Assembly: GCA_964455665.1 (NCBI GenBank)
Contig: CAYVYL010000002.1
Location: forward strand, 2,140 to 66,139
DNA from: an uncultured Verrucomicrobiota bacterium
GTDB taxonomy: Bacteria; Verrucomicrobiota; Kiritimatiellia; Kiritimatiellales; Tichowtungiaceae
DNA length: 64,000 bases
Direction: 5' to 3'
Part shown: positions 1 to 9,129 of the stretch, piece after piece
Position numbering within the stretch: position 1 is the stretch's first letter
How the letters are laid out: every line of letters starts with the position of its first letter
The notes under the pieces: model-generated
Databases searched by the model: none
The model's input: the letters and a program-made list of their open reading frames with translations, nothing else
Told to the model about the DNA's origin: nothing
Position numbers and translations under genes: made by a program

Positions 1-2
1 GC

Positions 3-1736
3 GCCTCTGCCGAGGCGGCCATCGAAGACCTCGCCGCGCGCCTACTCGAAACGCAGGCCGCGCGTGCCCTCAAAAAAGGCCGCGCCTGCGGAACGGATAC
101 CCACTGGCAGAGTGAGTTTGAAAACTCATTCCCCTATATGGAAACCGTCGACCAACTGTCTTCGATTGCCGCAGTAAAGGCCGACCTCGAATCTCCCCTG
201 CCCTCCGATCGACTGATTTGCGGCGACGCCGGCTACGGCAAAACCGAAGTCGCCATGCGCGCGGCATTCAAAATGGTGATGGAAGGCCGGCAAGTCGCCG
301 TACTGGTCCCCACCACGATTCTAGCGCAGCAGCACTTCGACACCTTCACCGAACGCATGGCCGCCTTCCCGGTTTGCGTTGAAATGCTCAGCCGCTTCCG
401 AACCAAAACGGAACAGAACACAACGATCGCCCGCCTGCGCGAAGGCGACGTGCATATTGTGATCGGTACGCACCGTCTCGTCTCCAACGATGTGCAGTTT
501 AAGGATCTCGGCCTCGTCGTGATCGACGAAGAACAGCGCTTTGGCGTGCGCGCCAAAGAGCACCTCAAACAGCTCTGCCAAGAGGTGGACGTGCTGACAC
601 TCAGCGCGACTCCGATTCCGCGCACGCTCTACATGGGTCTCACAGGCGCGCGCGATATGAGCACGATATCCACCCCGCCCCAGGAGCGCCAGCCGGTCGA
701 AACCATCGTGCTAGAACACCACGACGACATCATCCAAGGCGCCATCGAACATGAGATTGCCCGTGACGGACAGGTTTTCTACCTGCACAACCGAGTGCAG
801 ACCATTCACAAGGTGGCACAGAAAATCGAAACCCTTGTTCCGGCCGCCCGCGTTGAATATGCGCACGGACAGATGAGCGAGAAACAGCTCTCCGACATTA
901 TGCACCGTTTTGTGCGCGGCCTGTTCGATGTGCTCGTCTGCACCACCATTGTCGAAAATGGCGTCGACATTCCCAACTGCAACACCATCTTGGTCGATCG
1001 CGCCGACCGCTTCGGCCTAGCCGACCTCTACCAGCTGCGCGGACGCGTCGGCCGCGCCCGCCGCAAAGCCTATGCATTCCTACTGATTCCACCACACGGC
1101 GTCCTCACCGACGATGCGCGCCAGCGCATTGAAGCCTTAAAAAAGTATACCGGCCACGGCACCGGCTTCCGCATCGCCATGCGCGACCTCGAAATCCGCG
1201 GCGCGGGCAACCTGCTCGGCGCACAGCAGAGCGGACACATCGCCGCCATCGGCTTCGACCTCTACTGCCAATTGCTCAAACGCAGTGTCGCCCGCCTGCA
1301 GGGCAAAAAGGTGCCGCCGCTAATCGACGCCTCCATCGACTTCGATTTTCTCGACCGCTCCCCCGCCGGCGGCGAACCGAAAAATGCCGCATTCCTTCCC
1401 TACGACTATGTGGACGACGAAAACCTGCGAGTGAAACTCTACGGACGGATTTCCTCACTCGCCACCGAAACGGAAGTGCGCGAGCTAAAAAAGGAATTGG
1501 CCGACCGCTTTGGCAAACTGCCCGCTCCGGTACAGAATCTTTTTGAAATCGCGCGCATCCGCATCGCGGCCGCCATCGCTGGCATCAAGACCATCCGGGT
1601 GAATGAAGGACGAATCATGTTGATCCGCAACAATGAGCCGATCATGGTGAACGGCCGTTATCCAAGGCTGAAAGCGCGCACCGCCGCCAGCCGCCTCAAA
1701 GAAATCCTGGAGCTGCTCAAAAAAGCGAAGCCATGA
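3..1736 (+). CDS. mfd: Transcription-repair coupling factor Mfd, C-terminal part (5' end outside window)
   Basis: Frame is open from nt 3. Translation shows [10 protein letters not shown], Walker [18 protein letters not shown] (DExH-type box) and the helicase motif QLRGRVGR, then a TRCF C-terminal domain. Confidence 0.92.
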   Translation, partial: ASAEAAIEDLAARLLETQAARALKKGRACGTDTHWQSEFENSFPYMETVDQLSSIAAVKADLESPLPSDRLICGDAGYGKTEVAMRAAFKMVMEGRQVAVLVPTTILAQQHFDTFTERMAAFPVCVEMLSRFRTKTEQNTTIARLREGDVHIVIGTHRLVSNDVQFKDLGLVVIDEEQRFGVRAKEHLKQLCQEVDVLTLSATPIPRTLYMGLTGARDMSTISTPPQERQPVETIVLEHHDDIIQGAIEHEIARDGQVFYLHNRVQTIHKVAQKIETLVPAARVEYAHGQMSEKQLSDIMHRFVRGLFDVLVCTTIVENGVDIPNCNTILVDRADRFGLADLYQLRGRVGRARRKAYAFLLIPPHGVLTDDARQRIEALKKYTGHGTGFRIAMRDLEIRGAGNLLGAQQSGHIAAIGFDLYCQLLKRSVARLQGKKVPPLIDASIDFDFLDRSPAGGEPKNAAFLPYDYVDDENLRVKLYGRISSLATETEVRELKKELADRFGKLPAPVQNLFEIARIRIAAAIAGIKTIRVNEGRIMLIRNNEPIMVNGRYPRLKARTAASRLKEILELLKKAKP

Positions 1737-2296
1737 ACCCAAAACTGAAACAATTCATCGATCAGTATATCGAACTGGAGCGCGACGTGCAAAAGCTCGT
1801 CACCGGGCTGTGCAATTCACTTTGCTCGCAGTGCACCCAAATCTGCTGCCGAGCCGACATCTGCGAAGAGGCGATCGAAAGTCCTTTTCTACGCCTCATT
1901 AACAAACGCACCGAACTCGACAGCGATGCCTACGGATTTTTGACCCCGACCGGCTGCGGCCTTTCCATCGGCCGGCCAACGGTCTGCTACGAATATTTCT
2001 GCCACGATCACATCTATCATCAGCCCGATGAGATTCATGCGAAAGTGATGCGCGTGCTCGGGGCGCTGCCTGCCCACGCGACGCGCAATGCCATCGGCGA
2101 CGCACCGCTGGCCGAAATCCTTCAGGAAGAAAAACTAGATCTAGTGGATTTCCAAACCTTGGAAAAACAATTGGATGAAAGTTTCAAAGCATTGGAAATC
2201 ATCAAGGGCTTCTATAATGAAGAAACCCTGCCAGACGACGCCGACAGGGTTCTCGATCGAATCACCTTCAGTGAAGAAGATTATCCGTTATCCTGA
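1733..2296 (+). CDS. Cys-rich hypothetical protein (possible CxxCxxCC-type Zn/Fe-chelating domain)
   Basis: 187-aa ORF whose ATG overlaps the mfd stop (ATGA). Cysteine cluster CNSLCSQCTQICCRADIC plus CGLS and CYEYFCHDH. No family recognised with confidence. Confidence 0.6.
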   Translation: MNPKLKQFIDQYIELERDVQKLVTGLCNSLCSQCTQICCRADICEEAIESPFLRLINKRTELDSDAYGFLTPTGCGLSIGRPTVCYEYFCHDHIYHQPDEIHAKVMRVLGALPAHATRNAIGDAPLAEILQEEKLDLVDFQTLEKQLDESFKALEIIKGFYNEETLPDDADRVLDRITFSEEDYPLS

Positions 2297-3517
2297 TTAG
2301 AATTTCAGATCCGCCTTGGCTAGACGGGCACCCAGTTCATTGAGCACACGCTCATCATCCGCATCGCCGTCGGATTCAAACACGGCGCCGAAACGGATAA
2401 ACGGGCCGGTGTTGTCCCATGGAACGGTGGAAATGCCGAAGTTTTCAATCAGATAGAGCGAGGCCTCTTCCGCATTGGCGAACGTGACATCGCCCGCCCC
2501 TTTGGGTGCTTTTAAATAGAGGTAGAAAGTCCCGCCGGGCATTTCAGCGTTAAAACCGACGCCTTTGAGTACCTCGACCATTTTGCGCAGACGGACTTCA
2601 TAATGCGCGCGCACACCTTCCGCGAGCGATTCATCAGCAATGCCTGCGCAAGCCGCGTGTTGAATGGCTTTAAACTGCCCACTATCGCAATTATCTTTGA
2701 TCATCGCCAATGCGTCGACCGCCCAAGCCGCTCCGCAAAAGAACGCGAGGCGCCAACCGGTCATGTTGTAGGCTTTGCTCATGGAGTGCAATTCGAGCGC
2801 GCACTCTTTTGCGCCGGAGCGCTGGAGAATCGATTTGCGCTCCCCGTCGTAAACCAGCGTGGCATACGGTGCGTCCTGAACAATCAGAATGTTGTGCTTC
2901 TGCGCGAAGGCGATCAGCTCGTCGTAAAACGTATCCGTAGCCACCGCGCCGGTCGGGTTGTTGGGATAGTTGATGTAGAACAGCTTGCAACGGTCGGCCA
3001 ATGCCGGATCAATTTTCCCAAGGTCTGGAAGAAACGCATTTTCTTCGAGAAGCGGGATGTCGACCACTTCTCCGCCAAGGTATTTCGTATGCGTTGCCAT
3101 CACCGGATAGCCGGGTACGGTCTGGAAAATCACATCGCCAGGGTTCACAAAGGCGAGCGGAAGCATCGCTAGCGCTGGCTTGGTGCCAATGCTGTGGTTG
3201 ATTTCGGTGGAAACATCGAGCTCCACACCGAAGAAATCCTTCATATACGTTGCGGCGGCCTGCGCGAACTCCGCAATCCCGTTGTCGGCATAGCCGCGGT
3301 TTTCGGGCTTATCCACTTCCACCTTCAGTGCTTCACGAATCGGTACCGGAGCCATCTGGTCGGGTTCCCCCACTCCAAAGTCGAGAATCTCGAGATCAGG
3401 ATTCAGCTGGCGCGCTTTGGCTTTGGCGCGTTTTATTTTTTCAAATTTATAAATTTCGGTTGATTTTCCGAACTGCTCGCCGCCGATGCGATCCGCAAAT
3501 AGTTTTTCTGCATTCAT
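2297..3517 (-). CDS. Class I/II PLP-dependent aminotransferase (aspartate / LL-diaminopimelate aminotransferase-like)
   Basis: 406 aa. Shows DFGVGEPD, NYPNNPTG and the SMSKAYNMTGWR PLP-lysine motif typical of fold-type I aminotransferases. Confidence 0.85.
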   Translation of the reverse strand: MNAEKLFADRIGGEQFGKSTEIYKFEKIKRAKAKARQLNPDLEILDFGVGEPDQMAPVPIREALKVEVDKPENRGYADNGIAEFAQAAATYMKDFFGVELDVSTEINHSIGTKPALAMLPLAFVNPGDVIFQTVPGYPVMATHTKYLGGEVVDIPLLEENAFLPDLGKIDPALADRCKLFYINYPNNPTGAVATDTFYDELIAFAQKHNILIVQDAPYATLVYDGERKSILQRSGAKECALELHSMSKAYNMTGWRLAFFCGAAWAVDALAMIKDNCDSGQFKAIQHAACAGIADESLAEGVRAHYEVRLRKMVEVLKGVGFNAEMPGGTFYLYLKAPKGAGDVTFANAEEASLYLIENFGISTVPWDNTGPFIRFGAVFESDGDADDERVLNELGARLAKADLKF

Positions 3518-3535
3518 ACTTATTCCATTCTCAAT

Positions 3536-3904
3536 TTAAAAGTTATCGCTCGCATTCCCATGTTTTCGAATAGGTGATCCTTTCGGAATCAGGCGATCAA
3601 TTTTTTTCTCAAACTCAGCCATCGAAAACTTCTCCAGCGAAATATTCGTGTCCGCATTATCAAGAATACCGTTTTCGACGGATACATTTTCACGAATGAA
3701 ACTGATCACCATTTTCTCACTGCGCCAATCCACAGAGAGAAAAATAATGTCGATGATTTTTTGATTCTGCCCGCTGAACTCCTTGGAAAACGTGTACTGA
3801 ATATTACGCGCATATTCCCCGTGACGGGTGAACTCATCGTCACTTTCAAGATGCTTATAACCGCGCTCCGAGAGTATTTTTTTGATGCTTTTCTGAAAAA
3901 ACAT
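3536..3904 (-). CDS. Hypothetical protein, AT-rich orphan
   Basis: 122-aa ORF with no recognisable motif. Spot count 23/60 G+C at 3601-3660, against 40/60 at 2701-2760. Confidence 0.5.
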   Translation of the reverse strand: MFFQKSIKKILSERGYKHLESDDEFTRHGEYARNIQYTFSKEFSGQNQKIIDIIFLSVDWRSEKMVISFIRENVSVENGILDNADTNISLEKFSMAEFEKKIDRLIPKGSPIRKHGNASDNF

Positions 3905-4051
3905 TCAGTCCCCCTACAATTAAAGAATCAAACGCTAATGAAAACCAACCCGCTTTGCAAACGGGGAATTATACGAGATGCGGGATACAGGATACGGGAT
4001 CAAAGAAATCCAGCTCATCGAGCATCGCAAATCCCGAATCCCGAACTCCAA

Positions 4052-5362
4052 CTACAACAAATTGGCCGCCTTCTCGGCAAGATCCGAACGCACTCCCTCC
4101 GTGAACAGCATGTGCGCAGCCAGTTGCTCTCCACGGAACTTGTCCACCACCGCACTGAGGCCGTTCGACAAACTGTCCACATACGGATTATCGATCTGGT
4201 AGAGATCGCCAGTCAGAATGATCTTGGTGTCGTGCCCCACCCGGGTGATCACGGTCTTCACCTCCAGCGGCGTCAGATTCTGCGACTCATCCACAATCAT
4301 AAACTGATTCGGAATACTCCGGCCGCGGATATAGGTCAGCGGCTCCACATCAATCAGCGGATTGGACGCAATAATATCGCCGCCCTTTTTATTCTGGGCG
4401 TTGGTGTTGCCAGTCCGGTTGTGAACAATCAGCGACAGCGCATCATGAATCGGCTGCATCCACGGGTCGAGTTTTTCTTCAACACTGCCCGGCAGATAGC
4501 CGAGGTCCTTGCCCATCGGGAAAATCGGACGCGAAACCAGCAAGCGTTTGTATTGCTTCGTATCCATCACCTGATGATGCCCCGCCGCAATGGCCAACAG
4601 GGTCTTGCCCGTACCGGCCTTACCGCAAAGTGTCACCAATTTGATCTTATCATTCAGCAACGCATCCATCGCAAACCGCTGCTCACGGTTGCGCGGCGTA
4701 ATCGGCGCATTATTGTCAATTGTCAGCAGCTTCATCACCCGGTGTGTTTCCGCATCATAACGCCCGAGCATGGTCTGCTTGGGATCGTTCGGATTCTGCA
4801 GTGTCACATATTGATTGGCAACCAGCTCATCCATGCCGGGGATCACCGCATGGCCTTCCCGTGCAAAAAAGCTGATCGCCTCGGAGTCGGCCTCCAGCAC
4901 CGCTTGCCCGGAATACATTTCGTCCAGCTCGTGGTGCTTACCGTTTTCGTAATCCTCCGCCTCCAGCCCCAACGCATCCGCCTTCAGCCGCAGGTTGATA
5001 TCTTTGCTAACCACCGTGCACTTCACATCCGGCTGACTTTTCTGCAGATCCACCGCCAGCTTGATAATCAGGTCGTCGGCGGAAAGCCCAACCGCAAACG
5101 GATCGTCCTTATCCGCAAAAATAACCTGGATGGAGCCGCCGCTATCCAGACGTACGCCGTCAGACAACCGGCCCTTCTTACGTAGCTTATCGAGCATGCG
5201 CGAAACCGCGCGGGCATTGCGGCCGCGCTCGCTCAGCTCGCGCTTAAACCGGTCGATCTCCTCGAGGACTTTCAGAGGAATGATCACCGCATGTTCATCA
5301 AACTGATAAATGGATGTGGGATCGTGAATAAGGACATTGGTATCAAGAATAAAATTTTTCAT
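4052..5362 (-). CDS. PIN-domain / PhoH-like ATPase (YlaK/PhoH2 type)
   Basis: N-terminal PIN signature MKNFILDTNVLIHDP and Walker A GKAGTGKT in the PhoH domain. The ATG at 5362 (GGGGA upstream) is preferred over the TTG at 5383. Confidence 0.85.
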   Translation of the reverse strand: MKNFILDTNVLIHDPTSIYQFDEHAVIIPLKVLEEIDRFKRELSERGRNARAVSRMLDKLRKKGRLSDGVRLDSGGSIQVIFADKDDPFAVGLSADDLIIKLAVDLQKSQPDVKCTVVSKDINLRLKADALGLEAEDYENGKHHELDEMYSGQAVLEADSEAISFFAREGHAVIPGMDELVANQYVTLQNPNDPKQTMLGRYDAETHRVMKLLTIDNNAPITPRNREQRFAMDALLNDKIKLVTLCGKAGTGKTLLAIAAGHHQVMDTKQYKRLLVSRPIFPMGKDLGYLPGSVEEKLDPWMQPIHDALSLIVHNRTGNTNAQNKKGGDIIASNPLIDVEPLTYIRGRSIPNQFMIVDESQNLTPLEVKTVITRVGHDTKIILTGDLYQIDNPYVDSLSNGLSAVVDKFRGEQLAAHMLFTEGVRSDLAEKAANLL

Positions 5363-5503
5363 GTCCCCATCATAGGGAGCCAAGGGCTCTCACAAAAGCC
5401 GATTTTCCACTTAGCCAAAAAAAATAGTGATTTTCCAATAGTTCGACAGTTCGACGTTGCTGACAGCAGGCAGCTCATCTCAGGCGATTGGAAAACCAGA
5501 CTG

Positions 5504-6658
5504 TCAGAAAAGCAGAAACAAAACAGCCAACAAGACGAAAAACAGACCCAGCAGCGTTTTACTGCCGACCACATTTCTGCGACTCCATGCCAACAGGGTT
5601 TCCGTCCGGAGCCCAAGATAAGCCGCGCTGAAAATCAGCACCAACGGCAGAGTAAACAGCAAGTTGTAGGCAATTAAATAGAGCCACGCCCGTGATTCGG
5701 ACAGATTGCTGTTTTTTAGAATCAAAACCAGCGTCGGCACATACACCTGACCAGTACAAACGCTCTCCAGCGCCGTCACCGCTGCGCCGATCAGCAGTCC
5801 GCCCAAGATCAGATGCCCCGTTTTCAGACCGCGCCGCATCACGGAATGAATCCGCTTTTTCATGCCGGTTGAAAGCTGAAGCGTCACATCCTCGCCCTTG
5901 CCGCTCTTCCGGAAACGAACGGCGTCACGGAATGACAGAAAGGCGAAGAGTACCAGTAGCACCGCCATCCCCCACTCCGCCGCGCTGCGTAGCGCGGTAA
6001 AACCGGAGAAAAGATGCAAAAACCGCAACAGTCCGAAGCCCAGCGCCAGATAGGTCACAAACGAAGCTAGGCAGAATGAAACTCCGAGTAAAACCAACTG
6101 CCGGCTCCGAACCTTGGAGACCGCCAACAGGCTCATAAAAAAGATCAGCGTTGAAATTGCACAGGGATTGATTCCGTCGAGCAGTCCCGCCAGTAAAACA
6201 ATCGGCAGCGTCATCGTTTCGAATCGGCTGCGTACCGGATCATCCGTTTCACCATTCATTGGGTGGGTCGCAGGCTCTGCGACTGCGGGCGGAGAGGCCT
6301 CCGCCCCTCCAGCAACCCCATGGATGGGTAACAGCTTTTCCACTTGCAGGAAAAAAGAATCAGGACCTTTTATCGGATTCCCAAAAGCGTATTTGCCGTC
6401 GATAACCAGATAAGCGCGCTCCGGCCCGAGATAACCGGCTTGATTCTCCAGCCGCAGCAAATGGACCAGATTGCTCTCCACCCCGATATCGCGATAGACA
6501 ATCTTAAAGCGCGGCTCCAGCTGCGGCAGGATCTCCGTTTCAATCTGTTCACACTCGCCGCAACCGGGCTCAAAAAAAAACTCCACCTGCGCCACCCCAA
6601 AAACAGTATTTTCCAGCAGACAAATCGCTACGAACAGAATAGAGAAAAAATATTTCAT
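5504..6658 (-). CDS. Thioredoxin-like CxxC domain fused to a DsbD/CcdA-family thiol-disulfide transporter membrane domain
   Basis: Signal-like N-terminus, EPGCGEC motif, then a multi-TM region with GINPCAISTL (the NPC motif of the DsbD/CcdA family). Confidence 0.7.
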   Translation of the reverse strand: MKYFFSILFVAICLLENTVFGVAQVEFFFEPGCGECEQIETEILPQLEPRFKIVYRDIGVESNLVHLLRLENQAGYLGPERAYLVIDGKYAFGNPIKGPDSFFLQVEKLLPIHGVAGGAEASPPAVAEPATHPMNGETDDPVRSRFETMTLPIVLLAGLLDGINPCAISTLIFFMSLLAVSKVRSRQLVLLGVSFCLASFVTYLALGFGLLRFLHLFSGFTALRSAAEWGMAVLLVLFAFLSFRDAVRFRKSGKGEDVTLQLSTGMKKRIHSVMRRGLKTGHLILGGLLIGAAVTALESVCTGQVYVPTLVLILKNSNLSESRAWLYLIAYNLLFTLPLVLIFSAAYLGLRTETLLAWSRRNVVGSKTLLGLFFVLLAVLFLLF

Positions 6659-6727
6659 TAAATTTTACAACCATTGGAAGCAGACCCTAAGAGTCGGCGT
6701 TTCAGCTAAGCCTGTACCCTATATATT

Positions 6728-6742
6728 TTCCAAAGGTTGGAA
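6728..6742. repeat. TTCCAAAGGTTGGAA palindrome (member of the intergenic repeat family)
   Basis: Perfect 6-bp inverted half-sites with a 3-nt spacer, lying between the PEP-CTERM gene terminator and the start of the DsbD-like gene. Confidence 0.8.
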
Positions 6743-6810
6743 ACTCAATAAACGAAAGAACGTTGATCATAAAAGGATTATAATGGGTTACTTCAGGAGC
6801 AACCTCTTTA

Positions 6811-6851
6811 TAAAAAAGCAACAAGGCCAGACTCAAAAAAGTCTGGCCTTG
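6811..6851 (-). terminator. Rho-independent terminator of the PEP-CTERM gene
   Basis: 11-bp stem CAAGGCCAGAC/GTCTGGCCTTG (6822-6832 and 6841-6851), followed on the minus strand by TTGCTTTTTTA. Confidence 0.75.
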
Positions 6852-6875
6852 CCAACGGGTCGCTAATTAAAAGCA

Positions 6876-7547
6876 TTACCGCCTTTTCATATGCCGTCTC
6901 AGCCCACCGCAAACAAATGCGGCCAAGCCCATCAATGCGAAAGTTGCCGGTTCCGGAATAACCTCAACTCCAGAGGTAACGTCATACGCTGTAGCTGCCG
7001 GTAATCCAACGGACAGAGAGCTCCCGTAAATCGTAAAGCTCTCTGTAGGCAGAATGCTTTTATTGATTTTCCACTCGAAATAAGATTCACCACCCTGAAA
7101 ATCGGTATCAAGAGTGGAAAGAAATGTAGTAGTAAATTTATACGGAATCTCCGCATCATCTGATATATGATTATGTCCGCTAGTCGCTAAACTAAATGAA
7201 TCAAAAGCCGAAAGATGGGTATCCACAATCTGATTGATTCCTGAAAGGCTAAAAATAAGATAACCCGAAGTGGCTGCACTCTGTCCTCCTGCACCACTAT
7301 CGATATTAATCATATAATCAGTAGCTGTAAATGCCTGCGTCCCACTCTCAAGATCCATTCGGAAGTAATGGTAGTCTGCATCATAGTAATGTCTAACTGT
7401 CGTGATGTCCTGCCAACTATTCGCAGTATCACTCGCAGCATCATTAATCGTATCAACACCACTCCAAGTATCCCAATTAGTCACAAATGCAGCTTGCACG
7501 CCACAGGAAATTGATACCAACGCTACTATAAACAAACGTATTCTCAT
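6876..7547 (-). CDS. PEP-CTERM sorting-domain secreted protein
   Basis: N-terminal signal peptide MRIRLFIVALVSISCGVQA. C-terminus VIPEPATFALMGLAAFVCGGLRRHMKRR has the PEP motif, a TM helix and a basic tail. AT-rich (23/60 G+C at 7141-7200). Confidence 0.85.
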   Translation of the reverse strand: MRIRLFIVALVSISCGVQAAFVTNWDTWSGVDTINDAASDTANSWQDITTVRHYYDADYHYFRMDLESGTQAFTATDYMINIDSGAGGQSAATSGYLIFSLSGINQIVDTHLSAFDSFSLATSGHNHISDDAEIPYKFTTTFLSTLDTDFQGGESYFEWKINKSILPTESFTIYGSSLSVGLPAATAYDVTSGVEVIPEPATFALMGLAAFVCGGLRRHMKRR

Positions 7548-7595
7548 TTTTTATCCCCTTTTTATTTGCTACGTTTCTATCTTGGAAACAGCTGA

Positions 7596-7624
7596 AAATT
7601 ACGGTTTGGGTTACCCCTTGTCAA
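7596..7624 (-). promoter_or_regulatory. Sigma70-like promoter candidate for the PEP-CTERM gene
   Basis: Minus strand reads TTGACA (7619-7624), a 17-nt spacer, then TAATTT (7596-7601), about 50 nt upstream of the ATG. Confidence 0.45.
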
Positions 7625-7721
7625 ATAAAAAACTTGAAATATTACCAAAACGATCGCAATAGTCGTTTTTGCAAAAAGAGCTGTTTTCACCAGTTTGATA
7701 GTAAAAACAAGATATCCCGAC

Positions 7722-8486
7722 CTACAATGCTGTCAAAACATCTGGCTTGGTTTTGCCAACGGCGACGGTGTGCTCGAAGTGAGCGGAGTTGGAGCCGTCG
7801 GCGGTGACAGCAGTCCAGTTGTCGTCGAGTACGTTGACTTTGGCGCCACCGATGTTAACCATCGGCTCAATGGAAAGCGTCATGCCGGCTTTAAGCACCG
7901 GACCGCGGCCGGGTTTTCCAAAGTTTGGAATCTGTGGATCTTCGTGCATGTCGCGCCCGATGCCATGACCGACAAATTCGCGAACGACGGTGAAGCCCGC
8001 CTTTTCGGCCACGGTCTGAATGGCGTGAGAGATATCGCCGAGGCGGTTGCCTTCGACAGCCATGGCGATGCCAGCGTCAAGCGAGGCTTTGGTGACGTCG
8101 AGCAGGCGCTGGTTTTCTGCGCTGATTTTTCCGGCGCCGACAGTGACGGCGGTGTCGCCGATGAAGCCTTCGAAGCTGATGCCGGTATCGATACTAACAA
8201 TGTCGCCCTCGTGGATAACGCGACGGCCGGGAATTCCGTGCACGACTTCGTCATTAACGGAAACGCAAATCTGTCCGGGATAACCGCAGTAGCCGTAGAA
8301 GGCGCTGACCCCTCCCAGTTCGTGGATAAACTTTTTGGCAAAGTCGCCTAGTTCAAGGGTGGTGATGCCGGGGCAGACCTTATCGGCGAGCGTGGTGCGC
8401 AGGCGGGCGGTCATTTGGTTTACCCGCCGCATGGCTTCGAGTTCGGAGGCAGATTTGATGATGATCATGAAAGCAACCTCAGTCAT
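7722..8486 (-). CDS. map: Methionine aminopeptidase type I
   Basis: 254 aa with typical MetAP-I metal-ligand blocks (DIVSIDTG, FVGHGIG, SIEPM, AHFEHT). Last gene of the spc-type cluster. Confidence 0.93.
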   Translation of the reverse strand: MTEVAFMIIIKSASELEAMRRVNQMTARLRTTLADKVCPGITTLELGDFAKKFIHELGGVSAFYGYCGYPGQICVSVNDEVVHGIPGRRVIHEGDIVSIDTGISFEGFIGDTAVTVGAGKISAENQRLLDVTKASLDAGIAMAVEGNRLGDISHAIQTVAEKAGFTVVREFVGHGIGRDMHEDPQIPNFGKPGRGPVLKAGMTLSIEPMVNIGGAKVNVLDDNWTAVTADGSNSAHFEHTVAVGKTKPDVLTAL

Positions 8487-9126
8487 TCAGTGCGGCAAGT
8501 GCAACCGTATCTGTCTGTTCGGCTGTGCCGCCAGCGGCGATATCGTGGATGATTCCAAGGTTGCGATAGAAGTCGATTAGCGGAGCCGTTTGCGTTTTGT
8601 AGACTTCAAGGCGCTTCATGACCGTTTCTTCGTTATCGTCGGCACGCTGATAAAGCTCGCCGCCGTCCAGATCACAGACACCCTCTTCTTTCGGAGGCAT
8701 ATTAACCACATGGAAGATGGCGCCGCAGGTTTTACAGGTGCGCCGTCCGCACAGGCGCGGAATAAGCGCCTGCGGATCGGCAATCAGATTCAGAACGTGA
8801 GTGATGGTTCCGTTGATTTCTTCCAGAAGCTCCCGAAGACCTTCCGCCTGCTGAATGGTGCGGGGGAACCCGTCGAACATGAATTTAGTATCCGTCGGTT
8901 CCTGTTCGATCCGCTCTTTAATGATTTTTAAAATGATCTCATCGGAAACTAGTTTGCCGGATTCCATGCAGACTTTGGCTTCCAGCCCGACATCGGTGCC
9001 GGCTTTGACGGCCACACGGAGTATGTCCCCGGTGGAGACGTGAATATAGGATGTCTGATCTTTGAGCGATTCAGCCAGAGTCCCTTTTCCGGCACCCGGC
9101 CCGCCTAACAGAATAATTACTTCCAT
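8479..9126 (-). CDS. adk: Adenylate kinase (Zn-lid type)
   Basis: P-loop GGPGAGKGT and a lid with CGRRTCKTCG...CDLDGG. Sits between secY and map. Confidence 0.95.
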   Translation of the reverse strand: MEVIILLGGPGAGKGTLAESLKDQTSYIHVSTGDILRVAVKAGTDVGLEAKVCMESGKLVSDEIILKIIKERIEQEPTDTKFMFDGFPRTIQQAEGLRELLEEINGTITHVLNLIADPQALIPRLCGRRTCKTCGAIFHVVNMPPKEEGVCDLDGGELYQRADDNEETVMKRLEVYKTQTAPLIDFYRNLGIIHDIAAGGTAEQTDTVALAALND

Positions 9127-9129
9127 GGC

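Noticed and set aside
3761-5185. 474-aa plus-strand ORF
   Set aside because: It is fully antisense to the well-supported PIN-PhoH gene. The Arg/Leu/His/Gln-rich low-information translation and the absence of any motif are typical of a mirror-frame ORF in GC-rich coding DNA.
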